The translations under genes were made by a program, and so were the position numbers. Shown here one piece after another: positions 57,306 to 64,000 of a stretch of 64,000 nt of DNA (its first letter is position 1; every line of letters begins with the position of its first letter). Source of the stretch: Bdellovibrionales bacterium (GTDB taxonomy: Bacteria; Bdellovibrionota; Bdellovibrionia; Bdellovibrionales; UBA1609); assembly GCA_050250515.1 (NCBI GenBank), contig JBFWON010000004.1:3248-67247 (forward strand), given 5' to 3'. The notes beneath the pieces were generated by a model. The model was not told the DNA's origin, ran no database searches, and saw only the letters and a program-made list of their open reading frames with translations.

Positions 57306-59726
57306 ATGGCGTATTTACACAACGAAATCGACCGCAAATGGCAGGCCACGTGGGAAGAAGCAAAATGCTTCCAGGCCCAAGACAACTCGAACCAGCCAAA
57401 GTATTACGCACTCGACATGTTTCCCTATCCTTCGGGAGCTGGCCTACATGTGGGGCATATGGCCTCCTACACTCCGACCGACATTGTCTCCCGCTTCAAG
57501 CGGGCGCAGGGGTTCAATGTGCTTCATCCGATGGGTTACGACGCCTTTGGCCTACCCGCCGAGCAGTACGCCATTCAAACCGGCATTCACCCGGCTGAAA
57601 CGACCCGTAAGTCGATTGAAAGTTTTCGCGCCACCCTAAAAAGCTTTGGTTTTAGCTTTGACTGGAGCCGAGAGATCTCGACGTGCGAACCCGATTTTTA
57701 CAAGTGGACGCAGTTTATCTTTTTAAAGCTTTTTGAGAAAGGGCTCGCTTACCAAAAAGAAGTTCCCGTGAATTGGTGCCCAGCTCTTCGCACCGTTTTG
57801 GCCAACGAAGAAGTCGTCGACGGCAAGAGCGAGCGCGGGGGACACCCCGTTATGCGCGTCCCGATGAAGCAGTGGATGCTGAAAATCACCGCCTATGCCG
57901 AACGTCTTTTGCAGGACCTTGAAACCGTGGACTGGCCCGAGCGCACCAAAGAGGGGCAACGCAATTGGATCGGCAAAAGCGAAGGCGCCCGTGTCTTCTT
58001 CCCCTTAGAAGGGGTCAGCCAAAGACTTGAGATTTTCACCACCCGGCCCGACACTTTGTTCGGTGCCACCTTTATGGTGATTGCTCCCGAACACCCATAC
58101 GTGCAGCAATTGACGAGCGCTCAGCAGAAAACTGCGGTTGAGGCCTATTTGCAAAAGTCCGCCGCCAAGTCCGAGGTCGACCGAAAGGCGGCCACGGAAA
58201 AAACGGGCGTTTTTACCGGTGGCTTTGCGTTGAATCCGCTACTTCCCCCGAACGATCCCCAGGCGCGCATTCCCATTTGGATCGCCGACTATGTTTTAAT
58301 GGATTATGGAACAGGCGCCATCATGGCGGTCCCCGGCCACGACACCCGGGATTTTGAGTTCGCCCAGACCTTTGATTTGCCCGTTCTTCGAGTCTTAGAT
58401 GGCCCCGGTGATTTGCCCTTTGAGGGCGACGGCCGGCTGATCAACTCCGATTTCCTCAATGGCCTCGACAAAACCGCCGCCATCGAAACCATGATTCAAG
58501 CTCTCGAAAAACGACAGCTGGGTGAGCGACAGGTGCAGTACAAACTGCGGGACTGGCTGTTTTCTCGCCAGCGCTATTGGGGCGAGCCGTTTCCCATGGT
58601 GCAAATGGAAAAGTCGGGACTCAAAGGTGTGCCGCCCGACGAACTTCCCGTCCTCCTGCCGCCGGTCGCAGACTATCAGCCATCCGAAAAAGGGGAGCCT
58701 CCCCTGGCGCGAGTGAAAGAATTTGTTGAATACAAAGACCAGAACACCGGTGAGCGAGGCATGCGCATCACCGACACCATGCCGGGCAGCGCTGGGTCCT
58801 CCTGGTATTTTTTGCGCTACACCGATCCCCATAACAGCGACGCGGCCTTTGATTTCGCTAAGCAAAAGTACTGGATGCCCGTTGATCTGTACGTGGGTGG
58901 CCCCGAACATACGGTGGGGCACTTGCTCTACGCTCGGTTTTGGCAAAAAGTTCTCTTCGATGCCGGACTCGTTAGCCATCCAGAGCCATTTAAGAAACTC
59001 GCTCACCAAGGTACGATTATGGGACCCGACGGACTGCGAATGTCCAAATCTCGTGGCAACGTGATCAACCCAGACGACGTCCGCGAGCAGTATGGCGCCG
59101 ATGCCCTGCGACTCTACATTTGCTTTTTGGGACCGTTTGATAAGGATAAACCGTGGTCTACCTCTGGGATTGACGGGGTTCGCCGCTTTCTAGAGCGCAT
59201 TTGGCGCTTGGTCGTGGATGAAGAAGGCAAGAATCGACCACTTGAAGAAGCCGCCCTGCCCGAAGATTTTGCCAAGCTCTTGCACAAAACCATCAAAAAG
59301 GTGGGCGAGGATTACGACTCCATGAGCTTCAACACCGCCATCAGCGCTATGATGATTCTGGTCAATGAAATCTACGCCCAAAATATCAAGAGCCCGTCCG
59401 TCCTGCGTACCCTCGCCCAGCTTTTGGCCCCCATGGGGCCTCATCTCGCCGAGGAGCTCTGGTCCCGCTTAGGCGGCACCGGCCTCGTGGCACTCGCAAA
59501 ATGGCCTCAGTTCGACGCCCAGCTGGTGGTCGATCAAGAGGTTGTCATTGGGGTCCAAGTGAACGGAAAAACTAGGGGTGATATTAAGATTGCTGTGGAC
59601 GCGACCGAAGAGTCTGCCGTACAAACGGCCCTTGGTATTCAAGCGGTAAAAAATGCCTTGGCTGGCAAAACTGTTGCAAAGGTGATTTACAAACCCGGTA
59701 AGATCTTGAACATTATCGGGAAGTAG
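57306..59726 (+). CDS. leuS: Leucine--tRNA ligase
   Basis: MFPYPSG..HVGH, FTTRPDT, GTGAIMAVP, RMSKS; start at MAYLHNE. Confidence 0.97.
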   Translation: MAYLHNEIDRKWQATWEEAKCFQAQDNSNQPKYYALDMFPYPSGAGLHVGHMASYTPTDIVSRFKRAQGFNVLHPMGYDAFGLPAEQYAIQTGIHPAETTRKSIESFRATLKSFGFSFDWSREISTCEPDFYKWTQFIFLKLFEKGLAYQKEVPVNWCPALRTVLANEEVVDGKSERGGHPVMRVPMKQWMLKITAYAERLLQDLETVDWPERTKEGQRNWIGKSEGARVFFPLEGVSQRLEIFTTRPDTLFGATFMVIAPEHPYVQQLTSAQQKTAVEAYLQKSAAKSEVDRKAATEKTGVFTGGFALNPLLPPNDPQARIPIWIADYVLMDYGTGAIMAVPGHDTRDFEFAQTFDLPVLRVLDGPGDLPFEGDGRLINSDFLNGLDKTAAIETMIQALEKRQLGERQVQYKLRDWLFSRQRYWGEPFPMVQMEKSGLKGVPPDELPVLLPPVADYQPSEKGEPPLARVKEFVEYKDQNTGERGMRITDTMPGSAGSSWYFLRYTDPHNSDAAFDFAKQKYWMPVDLYVGGPEHTVGHLLYARFWQKVLFDAGLVSHPEPFKKLAHQGTIMGPDGLRMSKSRGNVINPDDVREQYGADALRLYICFLGPFDKDKPWSTSGIDGVRRFLERIWRLVVDEEGKNRPLEEAALPEDFAKLLHKTIKKVGEDYDSMSFNTAISAMMILVNEIYAQNIKSPSVLRTLAQLLAPMGPHLAEELWSRLGGTGLVALAKWPQFDAQLVVDQEVVIGVQVNGKTRGDIKIAVDATEESAVQTALGIQAVKNALAGKTVAKVIYKPGKILNIIGK

Positions 59727-59739
59727 GTGGGGATAAAAA

Positions 59740-61725
59740 ATGGCTGAATGGTCGACAAAAAAATCAGCTGATCTTTACGGAATCAACTACTGGGGCGCCA
59801 ACTTCTTTCGTATCAACGAAGAAGGTCACGTCGAAGTCCAGCCCGCGGGGGCTAACGGTCCCGCGCTGGATTTATACAGCCTGATTCAGGACTTGCAGGA
59901 GCGCGGAATTAGAATGCCGATCCTGCTGCGCTTTCCCGACATTATTAAATCCCGCATCGAGCTTTTGTTTGGCTGCTTTACCCGCGCCATGGAGGAGGCC
60001 AAATACACAGGAACCTATCGAGGCGTGTATCCCATCAAAGTGAATCAGCAAAAGCATTTGGTCGAAGAGATCTTGGACTACGGCCGGGATTTTAATTTGG
60101 GCCTCGAGGCGGGAAGTAAGCCGGAGCTGCTGATTTCTCTCGCACAAGTCGACAACCCGAATGGTCTGATTATCTGCAACGGCTTCAAAGACCAAGAGTA
60201 TATTGAAATGGCGTTGATCGCGCTCAAGCTTGGGCGCAATACGGTGATTGTGGTCGATCGGTATTCTGAACTGCCGATGATCATTCAGGCGTCGAAACGT
60301 CTGGGCATCAAACCTAACATTGGCTTTCGCTCCAAGCTCAACACGCCCAGCAGTGGACGTTGGGCTGAGACTTCTGGGTCGAAATCCAAATTTGGCTTAA
60401 CACCATCTGAAATCGTTCGCGGCGTTGAACTCCTGCGCAACGAAAATATGCTGGATTGCTTGCAACTGATTCATTTCCATATCGGATCGCAAATCCCCTC
60501 AATTCAGGCCATTAAAGCGGCCATTAAAGAGGGCGCCCGATTTTACGCTGAGATTTATGCGATGGGTGCCAATCTAAAATACATTGATGTGGGTGGCGGA
60601 CTCGGTGTCGATTACGACGGCTCAGGACGCTCGCATTCTTCGACCAACTACAGCGAGCAAGAGTACGCCAATGACATAGTGGCCATCCTGCAATCCATTT
60701 GTGAGGAAAAGAAAATTCCACACCCGGATATCATTTCTGAAAGTGGCCGGGCTTTGGTGGCCCATTCCACCGCTTTGATTTTCGATGTCCTGGGACATAA
60801 CGAGGTCACTTTAAACGACTATGCTCTTAGCCAACCCGATCGAGATTCTAGACTGGTGGTCGATCTCTTCGAAATTTATCGATCTTTGTCGAAAGATAAT
60901 GTGAACGAGTACTACAACGACTTGATTGAGAAAAAGCGCGACACGCTTCAGCTGTTCACCTACGGCGTTTTGAGTCTTGAGCAACGGGCCAAGGCGGAGG
61001 ATCTGTTTCGCGCCATTGCTACCAAGATCGTGCAATTGGCTCGCGAGAATCCGGAGTTGGAAGACATTCGCTATGCCCTCGAGCAAGAGTTGTCCGACAC
61101 CTATTTTTGCAATTTCTCAGTGTTCCAGTCTCTACCTGATTCGTGGGCCTTGGATCAGCTGTTCCCTATCCTGCCGATCCACCGGCTGAATGAGCGCCCT
61201 GATCGTCGAGCGGTTCTCGTGGACCTGACTTGCGATTCGGATGGTCATATTTCGAACTTTATCGACGTCGAAACGGGCGGAGAGCAGAAGTATTTAGAGG
61301 TTCACTCGCTCGAGCATGGCCGCCCTTACTACCTGGCCGTGTTTTTGACTGGAGCCTACCAGGAGATCCTTGGCGACCTGCACAATCTGTTCGGCGACAC
61401 AGACGCTGTTCATATCTCCCTTACCGAAAGCGGCGGATATCAGATTGACCATGTGGTTGAAGGAGATGATGTTAAAGAGGTCTTGCAATACGTTGAGTAT
61501 CAGCGCGCCGATTTGTTAGAGCGCGTGCGCAAGGCGACCGAAACCAGCATTTTAAAAGGTACGATTTCTCGATCAGAGGCTCGGCTCTTGCTTGAGCATT
61601 ATGAACGCGGACTTTCGAGCTACACATATCTTACCGAGGAATCCGCGATGCCTTTTATGCCACAACGTAAGGAGCTTTCGAATGGCACCAACGGCGATGG
61701 GACCGATAACCCAGTTCATCAATAA
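59740..61725 (+). CDS. speA: Biosynthetic arginine decarboxylase
   Basis: VYPIKVNQ PLP lysine, GLEAGSKPEL, HFHIGSQ, DLTCDSDG, GAYQEILG. Confidence 0.96.
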   Translation: MAEWSTKKSADLYGINYWGANFFRINEEGHVEVQPAGANGPALDLYSLIQDLQERGIRMPILLRFPDIIKSRIELLFGCFTRAMEEAKYTGTYRGVYPIKVNQQKHLVEEILDYGRDFNLGLEAGSKPELLISLAQVDNPNGLIICNGFKDQEYIEMALIALKLGRNTVIVVDRYSELPMIIQASKRLGIKPNIGFRSKLNTPSSGRWAETSGSKSKFGLTPSEIVRGVELLRNENMLDCLQLIHFHIGSQIPSIQAIKAAIKEGARFYAEIYAMGANLKYIDVGGGLGVDYDGSGRSHSSTNYSEQEYANDIVAILQSICEEKKIPHPDIISESGRALVAHSTALIFDVLGHNEVTLNDYALSQPDRDSRLVVDLFEIYRSLSKDNVNEYYNDLIEKKRDTLQLFTYGVLSLEQRAKAEDLFRAIATKIVQLARENPELEDIRYALEQELSDTYFCNFSVFQSLPDSWALDQLFPILPIHRLNERPDRRAVLVDLTCDSDGHISNFIDVETGGEQKYLEVHSLEHGRPYYLAVFLTGAYQEILGDLHNLFGDTDAVHISLTESGGYQIDHVVEGDDVKEVLQYVEYQRADLLERVRKATETSILKGTISRSEARLLLEHYERGLSSYTYLTEESAMPFMPQRKELSNGTNGDGTDNPVHQ

Positions 61726-62662
61726 GAATTATTTGCATTTCAATGCCGCTGCCTTGAAAGATGCGGCTGAAGGTTACAAACAGCACGTCGAAAAAGGCGG
61801 CAAAATGTTTGTAACTGTCGCGGGCGCCATGAGCACCGCAGAGCTTGGCATCTCGTTGGCGGAGATGATCCGCCAAGACAAGATCCATGGGATCTCTTGC
61901 ACCGGCGCTAATCTAGAAGAGGACATTTTCAATCTTGTCGCGCACGAAGATTATGTGCGAATCCCCAAGTGGCGAGAGCTCACTCCTGATGATGAAACTA
62001 AATTATTAGACCGACATCTGAACCGTGTAACCGACACTTGCATTCCCGAACACGAGGCCATTCGAAAGATTGAGAAATTTGTTCTCGCCAAGTGGGACCA
62101 AGCCTCGAAGGAAGGAAAGTCCTACTTCCCACATGAGTATTTGTATCAGGTTTTGCGCGATCCCAAATTTTCTGCCAATTATCAGATTGATCCTAAGCAC
62201 TCATGGATGCTTGCGGCTTGTGAGAAGAATTTGCCAATCTTTGTTCCCGGTTGGGAGGATTCCACTCTCGGAAACATCTTTGCAGGCCGCATGCTGCAAG
62301 GGAAAATTAAACCTGAGTGTTTAAGACGTGGCGTTGAATACATGGTCGAGCTCGCCAACTGGTATCAAAAGACGGAATGTCCGCAAGGCATTGGCTTTTT
62401 TCAGATCGGTGGCGGCATTGCGGGGGATTTCCCCATTTGCGTCGTCCCCATGCTCGAGCAAGACATGGAGCGCACCACGCCTAAGTGGTCTTACTTTTGC
62501 CAAATCGGCGATTCGACCACTTCTTACGGCTCCTATTCAGGCGCTGTGCCAAATGAAAAAATCACCTGGGGCAAACTGGACAAAGAGTCGAAGTCCTACA
62601 TGATTGAGTCCGACGCCACAATCGTAGCCCCCCTTATCTTCGCCTACGTATTAGGGCAATAA
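61682..62662 (+). CDS. Deoxyhypusine synthase-like protein
   Basis: AGAMSTAELG, CTGANLEED, GSYSGA, EKITWGK, SDATIVAP; AAGGAG RBS before 61682. Confidence 0.9.
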   Translation: MAPTAMGPITQFINKNYLHFNAAALKDAAEGYKQHVEKGGKMFVTVAGAMSTAELGISLAEMIRQDKIHGISCTGANLEEDIFNLVAHEDYVRIPKWRELTPDDETKLLDRHLNRVTDTCIPEHEAIRKIEKFVLAKWDQASKEGKSYFPHEYLYQVLRDPKFSANYQIDPKHSWMLAACEKNLPIFVPGWEDSTLGNIFAGRMLQGKIKPECLRRGVEYMVELANWYQKTECPQGIGFFQIGGGIAGDFPICVVPMLEQDMERTTPKWSYFCQIGDSTTSYGSYSGAVPNEKITWGKLDKESKSYMIESDATIVAPLIFAYVLGQ

Positions 62663-62775
62663 AGGTCAATAAAGGAGTCCGCACCTGTAGCGGCGTCGGC
62701 GCGTCATGCGCCGGCGTGATCTAGACCTTGCCAACACCTACCTCGGACCTCAAACTTCAGAAGCGGAGGTAACCG

Positions 62776-63153
62776 ATGAAGACGACAATACTATCTTTTG
62801 TTCTTGCACTAGGCCTTGGATTCTCCTTTGGCGCGCAAGCCGATCACCACGGAAAAGGTGAACATGGAAAGATGATGGGCAAGGTCATGCCGCCCATGAA
62901 AGAGCCCACCAAAGAAGAGCGCACCAAGATGGCAGAGATGCACACCAAAATGGCCGCCTGTCTCGGCACAGATAAGCCATTTGCCGATTGCCATAAGGAA
63001 ATGGCGGACAGCTGTCCGATGAAAGGCGGCGATGGCATGTGTCCTATGATGGGCATGGGTGGTCCCCACCATGGAATGAAAATTCATGGCAAGGGCATGC
63101 CGATGGGGAAGGGTAAAGGCAAGCCCGGCGAAACCGAAAAAACGTCCGAGTAG
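62776..63153 (+). CDS. Small secreted Met/His/Cys-rich hypothetical protein
   Basis: GGAGG RBS; signal ending AQA; KMAACL...CHKEM...CPM. Confidence 0.75.
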   Translation: MKTTILSFVLALGLGFSFGAQADHHGKGEHGKMMGKVMPPMKEPTKEERTKMAEMHTKMAACLGTDKPFADCHKEMADSCPMKGGDGMCPMMGMGGPHHGMKIHGKGMPMGKGKGKPGETEKTSE

Positions 63154-63159
63154 TCCCTT

Positions 63160-63201
63160 TTCAACGATGGTGAAAGGATTGATGCGTTCACCATCGTTGA
63201 A
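63160..63201. terminator. 15-bp perfect inverted repeat between convergent genes, probable bidirectional terminator
   Basis: ttcaacgatggtgaa-N12-ttcaccatcgttgaa. Confidence 0.65.
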
Positions 63202-63207
63202 TCGACC

Positions 63208-63999
63208 TCAAAAGTAATAATGCGTTAGCAGGTAAGCCGAGTCCGCATCTTGAATTTTGGTAATCACCCGACTCCACTGCCCCTGAACTTCAAAGTGTGG
63301 CCTAGGAAAAAATTGCAAGCCCAAACCAGGATATAAGACTCGGTCTTTCGATTCATCCGCTTTTGAGCGTTGAATTTGGGCGTACGGGATCAGTCCTTGA
63401 ACCAGCTCGTACCCGAAGCGCAAGAATTCATATTCGGATCGCACGTCACCCACCCTCATTCGATCGACTTCTACGAGCGCGAAAAAATCTTTGGTAATTC
63501 CCACGATGGCATGAGCCGATCTTATTTCTTTATCTTTACCGGCCAATTGTCCCCGCCAGACAGACAGGCCATAACGAGACTTTTCACCGGGTGTATAGAG
63601 AGCCGTCAACGTCGCACCTTTATCATGGGCCTCGGCATTCTCGGAAAATGCGAAGGAGCCTGACCATTTCTCACTTGTCAAAAATCCTTCCGCCGTGTCG
63701 AATTGGGCCCCGGGACCAAATCCAAGAGAGCTTCGAGTCACCAAGGTGTGATCAGGCAGTCTTAGACCGAACTGGGGCCAGTACCTCCCACCCCGCACAG
63801 TCAAGAAATCTGTGGCCGACCACTGCGCGAAGTACTCACTCGCGTAAAGATTTCCGCGAAACACTTTGTCCTGTGGGCGCTCGATTTCACCGATAGAAAG
63901 ACCGAAAACGACTCGCTCCAATTGAATCGCGACATCTAAGCTTGCCTCCATCAGAAAAAATTTTCCCCGTCTCACGCGCGCATCTTCATAATGAGTTTG
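63208..63999 (-). CDS. Probable outer-membrane beta-barrel protein, C-terminal part (5' end beyond window)
   Basis: Frame open to the right edge; PQFGLRLPDH, GLQFFPRPHFEV, terminal HYYF. Confidence 0.65.
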   Translation of the reverse strand, partial: QTHYEDARVRRGKFFLMEASLDVAIQLERVVFGLSIGEIERPQDKVFRGNLYASEYFAQWSATDFLTVRGGRYWPQFGLRLPDHTLVTRSSLGFGPGAQFDTAEGFLTSEKWSGSFAFSENAEAHDKGATLTALYTPGEKSRYGLSVWRGQLAGKDKEIRSAHAIVGITKDFFALVEVDRMRVGDVRSEYEFLRFGYELVQGLIPYAQIQRSKADESKDRVLYPGLGLQFFPRPHFEVQGQWSRVITKIQDADSAYLLTHYYF

Positions 64000-64000
64000 G

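Noticed and set aside
1-64000. CRISPR arrays, tRNA or rRNA genes
   Set aside because: No spaced direct repeats or recognisable RNA-gene signatures by eye, and intergenic gaps are short; a tRNAscan/Infernal run would be needed to exclude small RNAs.

Overview
Gene-dense bacterial chromosomal window, probably Bdellovibrionota-like (inferred from gene content, a GFQNC-type lipoprotein signal and many secreted hypotheticals; not verified by search). Most of it is housekeeping: AceE-type pyruvate dehydrogenase E1, an oligopeptide ABC transporter, trxB, trmB, ggt, RND+TolC, ptrB, leuS, speA and a deoxyhypusine-synthase-like gene. The standout is a ~17 kb cluster (10706-28046) of 12 consecutive genes. 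Every product has a Sec-type signal peptide yet carries a normally cytoplasmic enzyme domain: four HAD phosphatases, six copies of a phosphoribosyltransferase-like domain (one fused to a kinase, one to a pseudokinase), a PRPP synthetase with a duplicated N-domain, and a BtpA/SgcQ barrel. Eleven of the 12 carry a C-[EQD]-x-x-L tag, either just after the signal peptide or at the C-terminus, and the twelfth has the variant CEVYA. A distant secreted gene (1453-2976) has the same tag. Sigma54-type promoters precede both plus-strand units and that distant gene. This looks like an exported phosphoribosyl-transfer/dephosphorylation effector arsenal with a shared sorting tag (hypothesis). No rRNA, tRNA, CRISPR array or transposase was recognised.
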